A DNA stretch of 64,000 bases from positions 192,001-256,000 of the forward strand of contig JBITAJ010000021.1 of the NCBI GenBank assembly GCA_044440125.1, read 5' to 3'. The notes beneath the pieces are model-generated. The model searched no databases and had not been told where the DNA came from. It saw only the letters and a program-made list of their open reading frames with translations. Source of the stretch: Sedimentisphaeraceae bacterium JB056 (GTDB taxonomy: Bacteria > Planctomycetota > Phycisphaerae > Sedimentisphaerales > Sedimentisphaeraceae). The position numbers and the translations under genes were made by a program. Below, in pieces: positions 49,438-59,005 of this stretch (positions are counted from its first letter, which is position 1; each line of letters opens with the position of its first letter).

Positions 49438-52400
49438 TCAGGGTTCCTGCGAGATATTGAAAAATCGCCTGCCCAATTCTAACTGTCCTGCTGAATCATA
49501 ATGTGCCGGATCACTACTCCACCGCGTCAAATCCAATGTAGAAAATGTTCCGGTATTTGCAATAGCAGAGGCAACAGAAACCATCCCCGCATTAACTGTT
49601 TGATAGTAAGTCCAGTACGAACAATCTGAAATCTGCCCCATATAAAACGGCATATCCGGCAAATTAAAATCAGACCGGAGCGTTGTAATGAAATTTGTAA
49701 GATTCTGGGAATAAGCCTGTGCTGTAGATAACACATGCGAATCGCTCTCTCCCTGCATCCACATAAATCCTACAATTTGCGGACTGTAATGTCCAGATAG
49801 ATTATTGATTGCAGCATCGACCTGATTTTGCAATTCTATGTAAAGCTCGCCATTGGGAGCATTCCATTGCTCATAAAGGTTGGTCGCACCAACCGCATAT
49901 TTAATAATTGCAAATTTTCTATTAGGATTTGAGTTAGCCATTTCATGTGCAAAAGAAATTTCCGGACCAAAACGCGTTCCATTATACGGCCCTGCATCAG
50001 GACTCAACACATTCCAACTGCCATCAAACCAGATAAGAGCCTGAGAAAACGATGTGTTATATTCGGAAGACAAGTCTGAAACTAATCCAAGACCATACAT
50101 ATTGGATTGTCCAGCAAAAACGTATACATCCAGTTCTTCTCTAACCTCTACATCCCTCAACCAACCTTCTGCTAACTTTGCCATATCGAGAAGATCAACA
50201 GAACAATCCCTGTTCATATCCGACATATCATGGCCATAATCACCGCATGATGGTTTACTGTCCTGCAAACGCACAAAATCGATATCTATATGACCGCTTG
50301 TCGCGGCACTTGGATCAATACGCAAAAACTTTATCGTTCCTGTCCAATATTCATTGCTGCTCATATCCAGCCAGTAATCGGTAAATTCATCATCACCGGC
50401 AACAATAGAAAAATCCTTATGCTTATTATTATTCATCAGCGTATCAGTAGTTGTCGTCCAATAAACCTGTGCAGCTCCGCCAGATGTCTGATTTTTCATT
50501 CGGATATGTATGTATCTGTAAACAGAAGCAGGTACATTAAACGGTGTCCAGTTTATCATATATGAATCACCTCCGACTATATCACAACTTAAAACACCAT
50601 CAGAAACGGAACCATTTGTCAAATTATTTGTAAGAGACCATCCTTCGTATTCACCATCTTCATTAAAATGGGTTGCTGGCTCACTCTTTTGATAACGATA
50701 ATTAAATCGCCTGTTTGGAGCACTGTCTCCGCTAACCGAAAACTCAACTATATCACCTTGCGTTTGAATATTGTCAGCCCAGTGAAAATCAAAAGCTATA
50801 TTGCTTTTATTGTCCTGATCAATCAGGTTTCTTGGTATCTCTATCTCTATTTCGTTTCCTGAATATGAATATGAAATCAAACCAACAGGCTCAGGTGCCC
50901 AATCGTTACCCATAAATTTCTCTAATGAGGTCAATGTATCTCTTCGATTACGATTTATCACATAATCATATCCTTCCCAACCCGTCGCAGCATCCTGATC
51001 GGAATTGATAAAAAGAAGCATCCAATTACTATCCGTATTACTTGTCAGTTTCTCTGCAGTTTTAGAGTAAAGATATAAATTGTAAGCATCAAAAGCAACC
51101 TTACTCTCTATGATATCGTTGCGACCGGTTGTATTGGTATAAGTAATGCTATTCAAGCCCAGATGATTTCTGTGAATCGTATCACCATAAGTATCATAAT
51201 ATACAGATTCGACAGACTCCCATTCTGAAAAATTCCCATCTATTGTCACATTCACAGCCTGATCATTATTTACTAACTGCGACACCCCTTTATACTTACG
51301 AATACCTTCAATCATCTGATAATAATAATTATCCGTATGGCCACCCTTCATCGGTTCAGCATCACGGCTAAACTCCTGATTAAATTGATCTACAAAATAG
51401 GTATCGCCATCAGCAGTTTGTTCACCTAAGAATATTGGAGAACCATCAAGACCGGCTATAAAACGTTGAGCTATCCATTCATTCCAACCTGTAATAAAGA
51501 GTATCTCCGGGTCAATACTCAATGCCCTCTGCCATTGTTGCTCAAAATATATTCCAAGATCTTCGGTTCCGCTCAGCCTGTAATCATCAAGAGGAGGCTT
51601 AACGCCTGCTCCACGAGTTTCAGATGCTAAAAAACTACGACCTATTGAAGAACCTGCGGGATGCTGGGCAATACAAACAGATGTTTGTTCAGGAATAAGC
51701 GGGTCTGTTTCCCATCCCCAATTTTGCGGATAATGATCTAACCACGACCATGTATCTTCTCCCGATGTCCATGCCCAACTATAACGCATTGTAAAGAAAT
51801 CAAGCACCTCAGAACTGTAACTCGAATCTGACGGCACAAGAGGTGCTAATATCAATGGCTTGCCCTTCCAGTGAAACCACAAATCTGGATATAAATTCTG
51901 GCCATAAAGTTCATCATAGATTCTCTGTACTGTCAACGAAGGATTAGTGAAAACCTGAAAACATATCTGCGGCGTATTTTCTCCTTCATCACGCATTTGC
52001 TGCCAGACACTGCAAAGATTCATGTATTCTTCCGTATAAACAACACCATTACCAACATCAAAGAAAACCATATCAACTCCGGCATCACTAAGCATTGACG
52101 CATGACGACGCAATACATAGGGATCTGTTATTCGATAATATCCCATCTCCGGCTCACCCCAAGTATGCCAGGACCATCTACTACCCCAATCAGGAGCAAA
52201 AGGATTTTCTGCCAGTAATTTTGTAACATCCCGGACATTAACAGCTCTATCATGCCAGAGAAAGTAGAATACTCCAACGGTTTTATCATCTCTTATAGTT
52301 CCACACTCATCGTAGCCCGGCAATTCTCTGCCCAAAGCATCCGCCGCAACCCAAGTATCACTCTCAAGATCACGTCCATAACAGCTCAATACTGACATAC

Positions 52401-52449
52401 CGCATAAGACACATATTAAAGCAAAAACAAGCCGGATTTTCATCTTCAT
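49438..52449 (-). CDS. Secreted GH71/GH99-like hydrolase fused via an internal dockerin-like motif to a SASA/CE6-type O-acetylesterase
   Basis: Paralog of 47093-49399; SDMNRDCSVDLLDMAKLAEGWL; C-terminal FAGQSNM, FGPE..FA, WMQGESD and DPAHYD (SGNH/SASA triad). Confidence 0.7.
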   Translation of the reverse strand: MKMKIRLVFALICVLCGMSVLSCYGRDLESDTWVAADALGRELPGYDECGTIRDDKTVGVFYFLWHDRAVNVRDVTKLLAENPFAPDWGSRWSWHTWGEPEMGYYRITDPYVLRRHASMLSDAGVDMVFFDVGNGVVYTEEYMNLCSVWQQMRDEGENTPQICFQVFTNPSLTVQRIYDELYGQNLYPDLWFHWKGKPLILAPLVPSDSSYSSEVLDFFTMRYSWAWTSGEDTWSWLDHYPQNWGWETDPLIPEQTSVCIAQHPAGSSIGRSFLASETRGAGVKPPLDDYRLSGTEDLGIYFEQQWQRALSIDPEILFITGWNEWIAQRFIAGLDGSPIFLGEQTADGDTYFVDQFNQEFSRDAEPMKGGHTDNYYYQMIEGIRKYKGVSQLVNNDQAVNVTIDGNFSEWESVESVYYDTYGDTIHRNHLGLNSITYTNTTGRNDIIESKVAFDAYNLYLYSKTAEKLTSNTDSNWMLLFINSDQDAATGWEGYDYVINRNRRDTLTSLEKFMGNDWAPEPVGLISYSYSGNEIEIEIPRNLIDQDNKSNIAFDFHWADNIQTQGDIVEFSVSGDSAPNRRFNYRYQKSEPATHFNEDGEYEGWSLTNNLTNGSVSDGVLSCDIVGGDSYMINWTPFNVPASVYRYIHIRMKNQTSGGAAQVYWTTTTDTLMNNNKHKDFSIVAGDDEFTDYWLDMSSNEYWTGTIKFLRIDPSAATSGHIDIDFVRLQDSKPSCGDYGHDMSDMNRDCSVDLLDMAKLAEGWLRDVEVREELDVYVFAGQSNMYGLGLVSDLSSEYNTSFSQALIWFDGSWNVLSPDAGPYNGTRFGPEISFAHEMANSNPNRKFAIIKYAVGATNLYEQWNAPNGELYIELQNQVDAAINNLSGHYSPQIVGFMWMQGESDSHVLSTAQAYSQNLTNFITTLRSDFNLPDMPFYMGQISDCSYWTYYQTVNAGMVSVASAIANTGTFSTLDLTRWSSDPAHYDSAGQLELGRRFFNISQEP
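51161..51294. repeat. 134-bp near-identical direct repeat, copy 2
   Basis: Matches 48102-48235 with 4 mismatches; offset 3059 bp. Confidence 0.9.
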
Positions 52450-52457
52450 TTCCTGAA

Positions 52458-55214
52458 TTAATTAGTAAGCCAATTTGAGGCTAAAATTGTAAAATCATCA
52501 AAATCAACAGAACAATCATTGTTGATATCACCGGTAACAGAGCAATCGTATTTGATATAATCTGCCGACAATATATCAAAAGTTACACCACCCGAATGAG
52601 GCGTACCTGCGGTAATATCATATCTCTTTCTGGCAACCTGTTCCTTATGAACCAAAACCGAAAAAGATTCCATCTCAATATCCTGATTATATGCGGTAGA
52701 GGTATCTCTTTTGCCGGAATTCATCAAAACAGTAACTTTGCCCATCAACCCCTGTATCCGCAATACATACCGGTTAAAATCCCAGTCATTCGATATATTG
52801 ATGTAATGTCGCTTTATCTCCATTCCTTCATGCAGTACCAACAGCGTTAACACACCTTCGGAACTCTGTGTTTTTGCATTAAATCGTATCTCGATCTGAT
52901 CTCCGGCTTTTAGCCCCGTAATATTACCTGAACTATATTGAGAACTAATAAGATGAAAATTCCGATCCTCAGTGCCTATTGGAGTTATCTCTATCGCCGA
53001 ATGAAAAGGAACCACATAAACGGTGCCTTCCCAATTGCCGTAAGAATTCACACTCTTAAGCAATCCGGGCTTACCTTCACCGGTTCCGACACACACGATA
53101 TTGTACGCTTTTTCTCCAAAAGTATCAGGCACAACAACAGGACGTATCTGCCCAATACCTCCAGAGGTTCCCGGTCTTGCCCCTTCGCTCTCAAGCGAAA
53201 GAGTTGCGTTACGATTTATAGTATCATCAGACATTCCCATGCAATGGATAAAATTGACTCCATTATTAAACATGTAACTCAATTGCTCACTCGCAGAGGT
53301 TTGACTGCTTGTAATTGGATCATACTCTCCAACACTTATCATCGTCTGGCCTGACGAATATGCTCCCTGAATCCAGTTCACTGCATTGGAATACCATACC
53401 CCGTAACGAGTACCGCCGTAACCAGTGCCGGCAGAGAATATCCAGTCAATAGGACTTATTCTGTAACCGGTAATGGGTTGGCTTATTGCATAACCCTGTG
53501 GTATCTGATGCGTTTTTATAACCTCCGGCGGAAAACCGGCAATAAGTGCCTCAGCAAAGCCTTGAGCTATACGCCCAAATACCATTTTGCGATTATACTC
53601 AACCCACTCATTAAAGAAGCCGTTTTCAGTATCATAAATATCCCAATCACCTCTGCTTAAATTGCGGGGTGCATCAAAATTGGAACTTGTAAAAGAACTG
53701 CCGTAAAGTTCATTTACCCTACCTATAGACCTGTACCGCTTTACAAGATAATCATAAAACGAAGATATCATCTTGGGATTGTAGTCACCAATGCTGCTGT
53801 CGCCTCCTGAAACAATCTCAAATTCGTGAGACGGCTCAAGCCCGACAAGATGTTCTGGATGCCCATCATCCCCCCTGAAGCATAATCCAAGTTGGCGTAA
53901 GAATGCCCTCTGAGGCCACCTGTAAAGACAATCCAACGCAGGCAAACCGGGAGCATAAGTAAAGCAGTAAAAACCTTCACCATCAACAACTATATTATCT
54001 AAACGGCTGAGCATTGCATATTTAGGCAAACCGGTATCTTCATCAGACACTTCTAACCAATTAAGAGTATATTGAGTGGCATGCTGCCTGTGGGTAAAAG
54101 TAGGTTCCCACATTGCCGGCAGTTTAGTATTGTAACCATCAAGCAACGCAGAAATAGAAGCATCAGCATAACTTCCAACCCAATCATCATAAGCATCTGC
54201 CGTGAAATCGGTACCCATGTAATTATCAGACAAATGCTCTGTTCGTATATGCATGAATCGACTGTTTTTGACATACTTTAAATCATTCCACTGGTCGTAG
54301 TATGATGCTACCCAAAACCGGTTTTCTCTTACAGCAGCATCAACAGAAGAAATATCTCCTTTTTCATCGATAATATGCAGCGTAGAGAGAAGAGTTTCCG
54401 GTGTTCCGGCAACAAAACGCTGATCTTCAAAAGCCGAAGCAAATACACTGCTCTCATCAGGCAATGTTTGCAAATTGTACTCTGTAGAGATTTCTGTTGA
54501 AGGATTTACAACAAACGCTGTTTTACTGTCTTGAAAGTATAGAAGGAGCTTATCCAGAGATTTCTCCCGGATACTGCTGATTATAAGCGTATCACTACTT
54601 TCTTCATATTCCAAAGGAGTTTGAACTGTATTGAGTAAAGAACCCTCTGCATTATATATTAAAATATCACGATTTGTTTCTTCCTGATATTGAGAAGCAA
54701 TTGCAATCTCTTGGGTCTCATTACCCGTAATAAAATCACCGGATGTTATGACAAAAGGCGCAGTTAATACATTAGTTGGTGAAAAAGAAGAAACCAATTC
54801 TCCGTATTGGTTGAAAACACGTATTTCTCGAGTTGACGTATCTGAAATCGGGCAGGTAACAATCGACATTTCATCTGAAAACAGCCTGCCTGCTGCCACA
54901 TTGACTCCGCCCCTGATACTGCTTGGATAAGCAAGAAACTGCAGCTCAGCTATTTGAAACTTATTCAAGATTTTCACAACAGTATAGTTTGATGAATCAT
55001 CACCTTGTCCAACAACCAGTTTCGGCCCATAAGAAACCAAAGATGGTCCTGTTTCACTTTCCACGACAGCTTCATAGTATTCAAGCTGACTGACAATATC
55101 TAAATCTTCATCTATAACACTGGTAATAACCTCCGCTAATGTATCAAACGATACGAAGTTCAAAACCGCTAAAGCAATTAAAACGTACAATTCTTTTGTA
55201 AAACTCAATTTCAT
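52458..55214 (-). CDS. Secreted putative glycoside hydrolase (GH42-like/clan-A-type core) with FG-GAP-like N-terminus and dockerin-like tag
   Basis: Signal peptide; FLAYP..IRGGVNVAAG and ITSGDF repeats; EPSHEFE...GDYN...F.DYL.KRY.SI..VN.LYG; terminal GDINNDCSVDFDDFTILASNWL. Confidence 0.5.
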   Translation of the reverse strand: MKLSFTKELYVLIALAVLNFVSFDTLAEVITSVIDEDLDIVSQLEYYEAVVESETGPSLVSYGPKLVVGQGDDSSNYTVVKILNKFQIAELQFLAYPSSIRGGVNVAAGRLFSDEMSIVTCPISDTSTREIRVFNQYGELVSSFSPTNVLTAPFVITSGDFITGNETQEIAIASQYQEETNRDILIYNAEGSLLNTVQTPLEYEESSDTLIISSIREKSLDKLLLYFQDSKTAFVVNPSTEISTEYNLQTLPDESSVFASAFEDQRFVAGTPETLLSTLHIIDEKGDISSVDAAVRENRFWVASYYDQWNDLKYVKNSRFMHIRTEHLSDNYMGTDFTADAYDDWVGSYADASISALLDGYNTKLPAMWEPTFTHRQHATQYTLNWLEVSDEDTGLPKYAMLSRLDNIVVDGEGFYCFTYAPGLPALDCLYRWPQRAFLRQLGLCFRGDDGHPEHLVGLEPSHEFEIVSGGDSSIGDYNPKMISSFYDYLVKRYRSIGRVNELYGSSFTSSNFDAPRNLSRGDWDIYDTENGFFNEWVEYNRKMVFGRIAQGFAEALIAGFPPEVIKTHQIPQGYAISQPITGYRISPIDWIFSAGTGYGGTRYGVWYSNAVNWIQGAYSSGQTMISVGEYDPITSSQTSASEQLSYMFNNGVNFIHCMGMSDDTINRNATLSLESEGARPGTSGGIGQIRPVVVPDTFGEKAYNIVCVGTGEGKPGLLKSVNSYGNWEGTVYVVPFHSAIEITPIGTEDRNFHLISSQYSSGNITGLKAGDQIEIRFNAKTQSSEGVLTLLVLHEGMEIKRHYINISNDWDFNRYVLRIQGLMGKVTVLMNSGKRDTSTAYNQDIEMESFSVLVHKEQVARKRYDITAGTPHSGGVTFDILSADYIKYDCSVTGDINNDCSVDFDDFTILASNWLTN

Positions 55215-55233
55215 AAAACAACATCCTTATATT

Positions 55234-56814
55234 TTACCGTCTTAATATTTTTCCTGCAGCAGCACCTGTCATAGCTCCATTTTCCAAGGCAAGTTTACCA
55301 TTTACAATAACATGACAAACTCCTTCTGGCTGCTTGTTAGCTGTACCAAAATCGGCAGTATCAATGATTTTTTCAGAATCAATAATAGTAATATCTGCAT
55401 ATTTTCCCCGACTTAAAACGCCACGATCTTTGATTCGAAAATGCTCCGCCGGCATCGATGTCATTTTTCTCACGGATTCTTTTAATGACAAGATTCCTTC
55501 GTTACGCACATAGTGTCCAAGTACTCTGGGAAAAGTCCCGTAACTTCTCGGGTGCGTTGATGCAGAACCAACACTGCCCTGCCCCCATCCGTCTGATGCA
55601 ATTGTAGTCAATGGAAATTCAAGTGTCTTTTTAACATTCTCTTCGCTCATAGCAAAGCCGATCATTCCAATACCGCCATTTGACTGAATAATCAATTGTT
55701 TCATTACATCATATGGCTCTTTATTTTGCTTTTTGGCTCTATCAGCAATACTAACGGAATTAACAATAATATTTTGCGGCCCATTCATATCATCAATAAG
55801 AGCTTCGGTGTCTTTTCTTAATTTAGCATCAAGAGAAGAATCCTTGAGCCTTCGAATCAAGTTTGAGTTTTTCCCAAGAAGTGAACTGTCCCCTGCTCTG
55901 GCCCACCCGGGAAACATGATACTGAGAAAGGTCATCATAGCGGCATAGGGATATACATCACATAAAACATCAACTCCGCTTTCTCTTTCTGCCTTAATAG
56001 TGGACAACACATCATCAAGCAAATGCCATGAACTGCTGCCTTTCATTTTCAAATGAGATATTTCAATCCGAACACCTGATTTTTTCGCAACCTCAATAGT
56101 CTCTTTAACCGAATTGAGTACACCAAGTTTCTGATCCCTCATATGAGATGCATAAATACCATCATGCTGTTTTACAACTTCGCACAGAGCGATCATTTCA
56201 TCAATATCCGAGAATATTCCCGGAGCATATTCAAGACCGCTCGAAAGACCGTAAGCTCCTTGTTCAAGAGATTGTGATAGAGCCGCTTTCATCTTTCCCA
56301 ACTCTTCTGATGTGGGAGCTCTGTCAGCTAATCCCATCACCATATTACGCAATGCGGCATGTCCAACAAGGGTTCCGAAATTTGTGAGATTCGCTTTTTT
56401 TTCAAAAGAACTCAACTGCTCATCCAAGGTTAAAGAGTTACTCGGTACAGATGTCTTGCCGCAATTACCTCCGATCTCAGTAGTAACCCCCTGGCAAATA
56501 TAATTATGAGATAAAGCCCCACCTGATGAATGAGTATGGATATCAATAAACCCCGGACATACAGTCAGTCCCTTTGCTTCGATCACTTTCTTAGCTGAAG
56601 ATACAGGTAGATTGTGAGCTATCTCTGAAATTCTGTCGTCTTTGATTGCTATATCAGAAATAAAAGGATCAATTCCACTGCCATCAATAACAGTACCATT
56701 CTTGATAAGTATATCATATCTGTTATCTTCCGCGAAAACATTGTTCTCACAAAATGAACTAAGTGCTATGGCTGAAACTGCACTTTTAGTGAAAAAATCT
56801 CTACGATTCATCAT
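55234..56814 (-). CDS. Tat-exported N-acyl-D-amino-acid deacylase (D-aminoacylase) family protein
   Basis: MMNRRDFF twin-arginine signal; PGFIDIHTHS, GNCG, YASHMR, ISHLK, ASDG, HPRSYGTFPRVLG. Confidence 0.88.
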   Translation of the reverse strand: MMNRRDFFTKSAVSAIALSSFCENNVFAEDNRYDILIKNGTVIDGSGIDPFISDIAIKDDRISEIAHNLPVSSAKKVIEAKGLTVCPGFIDIHTHSSGGALSHNYICQGVTTEIGGNCGKTSVPSNSLTLDEQLSSFEKKANLTNFGTLVGHAALRNMVMGLADRAPTSEELGKMKAALSQSLEQGAYGLSSGLEYAPGIFSDIDEMIALCEVVKQHDGIYASHMRDQKLGVLNSVKETIEVAKKSGVRIEISHLKMKGSSSWHLLDDVLSTIKAERESGVDVLCDVYPYAAMMTFLSIMFPGWARAGDSSLLGKNSNLIRRLKDSSLDAKLRKDTEALIDDMNGPQNIIVNSVSIADRAKKQNKEPYDVMKQLIIQSNGGIGMIGFAMSEENVKKTLEFPLTTIASDGWGQGSVGSASTHPRSYGTFPRVLGHYVRNEGILSLKESVRKMTSMPAEHFRIKDRGVLSRGKYADITIIDSEKIIDTADFGTANKQPEGVCHVIVNGKLALENGAMTGAAAGKILRR

Positions 56815-56860
56815 ATTAATACTACCCCATTTCATCTGTATCTGATTTAAAAATCAGAGA

Positions 56861-58081
56861 TTATTTATGATCTGCATCAAGATTTATACTGCCACAGTTC
56901 AACTCCGGCAGGTATTCGATAACAGTGCCGTAACTTTTTGAGATTTCAGCTGATTGACGTACGATCTCTTTACCAAGATCTCTATCGGCATATATTGGAC
57001 TTCCTCGTGGAGGAACAGGTTCTCCAAATCTCAAGTCTATAGGAACCAAGTGAATTTTACTTAATTGATCGCCGTTAAATGTTACTTCAGCTAAAAAACC
57101 TTCCCAAACTTCCTTTTGCGTCGGAAACCCTTTTGTATAATTCTGATATCTTACCTTAATAACATCCTCAGGCTCTACATTATCATCTAAACCATACATG
57201 TCATATTGTTCAACAGGAAGCTTTTCAAGCTGCTCATTCTGGAATACAAAATCTCCAAGCCCATAAAATATCGGCTTGTTATTATAAATCTCTATCGGCT
57301 GAATCTTATGTGGTCCATGACAGAAGACAATATCTGCACCTGAATCTATTGCTTTATGAGCAAAATCTTTGAGCCAACCGATATCAGAATGATGCCAGTG
57401 AATTGAAAGAATAACATAATCAGAAGATGCAGAAGTTTCCCGTACAACTTCCAAATTCCCCTCAGAATCTTCTGACTTAACTGAATATTCACTCCCCTTC
57501 TTAACAACTCTGCAATAATTAGGGCCAGGCCGACCTTGTATATCATATCTTGACCTTGAGGCTGTCCCATACGGCAAAAATGAACTCGTTACAGAAACCA
57601 AACTGACAATGCCTTTAGAATTTTTTAACACAGCAGGAGACCTTGCAGTTTGCAGGTCTTTACCAATTCCCGCTATAAGCATCCCAGCATTCTCTATGTT
57701 ATGAATGGTCTCCAATGCTCCTATTGAGCCATAATCAAAGGAGTGATTATTTGCCGCACTTACCAAATCAAAGCCTGCCCAAGCCAATTCATCCGCAATA
57801 ACAGCTCTGGCAGCCAAGTGAATCCCGCCGCTCTGAGCCTGCGGGTATCCCTTATAATCATTAACTACTACTTCAAGATTAACGATTGATGCATCCGACT
57901 TCCTGATTTTGTCAACAAGCTTCAGGAAACCAGGTTCTTTCTGATTCGACCATGGCTGAGTTATGATAGCGTCACCGGCAAGAAGAATCGTAAACTCTTC
58001 ATTATTTATTTCAGCAATAACCGAATTTGAATAACAAATCAGGATAGATAAAAAAACAATATTAAAGGCTATATTTTTCAT
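56861..58081 (-). CDS. Secreted CapA-family (poly-gamma-glutamate synthesis protein A-like) metallophosphoesterase-fold protein
   Basis: Signal peptide; LAGD, VNLE, ANNHSFDYG, SIHWH, GAD.VF.HGPH, PIFYGLGDF.F. Confidence 0.85.
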   Translation of the reverse strand: MKNIAFNIVFLSILICYSNSVIAEINNEEFTILLAGDAIITQPWSNQKEPGFLKLVDKIRKSDASIVNLEVVVNDYKGYPQAQSGGIHLAARAVIADELAWAGFDLVSAANNHSFDYGSIGALETIHNIENAGMLIAGIGKDLQTARSPAVLKNSKGIVSLVSVTSSFLPYGTASRSRYDIQGRPGPNYCRVVKKGSEYSVKSEDSEGNLEVVRETSASSDYVILSIHWHHSDIGWLKDFAHKAIDSGADIVFCHGPHKIQPIEIYNNKPIFYGLGDFVFQNEQLEKLPVEQYDMYGLDDNVEPEDVIKVRYQNYTKGFPTQKEVWEGFLAEVTFNGDQLSKIHLVPIDLRFGEPVPPRGSPIYADRDLGKEIVRQSAEISKSYGTVIEYLPELNCGSINLDADHK

Positions 58082-58112
58082 AAAAATTCATCGCAGGTAT
58101 CACCCAATCCCC

Positions 58113-58910
58113 TTAATGGTTGTACACAAATGTCCATCCTGTACCATGCTGGAAATCCTGCTGCCCCGTAGTTCTGACACCGGTTTCCGGATCCCGATTA
58201 GTCATCTGTTGATAATTTATATGGAGATCAACAAACAAAGTATTTGCCCATCCGTTTTCCTTTTTATTATGCCAATAAGCATACATAAACGGATCGTAAT
58301 TGCCTGAATAGCATACAGCAGGCGAATCTCCAACTACGATCACACGACTGGGATTAGGAATATCAGTAACCTTTTTCCCCCATAAACCCTGACTTGTGTT
58401 ATTGTTGTTGCCACCGGCATTATAAGTATAACTTCTACCCATAGTGTACCAGTAAGTAGGCGTTCTTTCTACAAAATAGCTATTCTCGCCGGGAGTGGCA
58501 CCTTTATCTGATGGACATATAAATATTTTCAATGAATTATTCTGCATCTGTTTAGTCGCTGTAGTCGGCAATCCAAGATAATCATTAAGTAATCTTTTTT
58601 TATTTGCAGTGCTTCCATATTCACCTATCTGTCCACCATATATATCAGCGGTGTAACTCGAATCATTAAATGATTTACTGGGACCACCATAACTTGCGGG
58701 AGCTACTGCAGTAGGAAATATACTTTGATTATCTTCCATATATAAACATATGGCAACTCCCTGCTGCTTGACATTACTCTTACATACAACAAGCTTTGCC
58801 TGTTCTCTTGCCTTGCGCAAAGCAGGCATCATTACAGCCATAAGTATGGCTATAATTGAAATGACCACAAGAAGTTCAATTAGTGTAAATCCTTTTCTGC
58901 AAAAGTTCAT
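58113..58910 (-). CDS. Prepilin-type N-terminal cleavage/methylation protein (H-X9-DG-like variant)
   Basis: Probable ATG at 58910 (AAGGA RBS). [43 protein letters not shown]...ANTLFVDLH. Confidence 0.9.
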   Translation of the reverse strand: MNFCRKGFTLIELLVVISIIAILMAVMMPALRKAREQAKLVVCKSNVKQQGVAICLYMEDNQSIFPTAVAPASYGGPSKSFNDSSYTADIYGGQIGEYGSTANKKRLLNDYLGLPTTATKQMQNNSLKIFICPSDKGATPGENSYFVERTPTYWYTMGRSYTYNAGGNNNNTSQGLWGKKVTDIPNPSRVIVVGDSPAVCYSGNYDPFMYAYWHNKKENGWANTLFVDLHINYQQMTNRDPETGVRTTGQQDFQHGTGWTFVYNH

Positions 58911-58952
58911 GCTGGTATTCCTTATATTAGGCATCTCAATTTATATAAATAG

Positions 58953-58988
58953 AGGTGGTAATGATCTAAATAAACATCATTACCACCT
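58953..58988 (-). terminator. Intercistronic stem-loop (terminator or mRNA-stabilising hairpin)
   Basis: Perfect 13-bp inverted repeat AGGTGGTAATGAT / ATCATTACCACCT with a 10-nt loop, 17 nt after the 59006 stop. The U-tract is weak. Confidence 0.6.
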
Positions 58989-59005
58989 AAACATTCTACA
59001 TTAAT

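Noticed and set aside
48102..51294. Diversity-generating retroelement TR/VR pair
   Set aside because: The four mismatches are not adenine-specific on either strand, both copies lie in-frame in paralogous genes, and no reverse transcriptase is present.
56861..58081. Poly-gamma-glutamate capsule biosynthesis locus
   Set aside because: No capB/capC ligase genes; the context is degradative.
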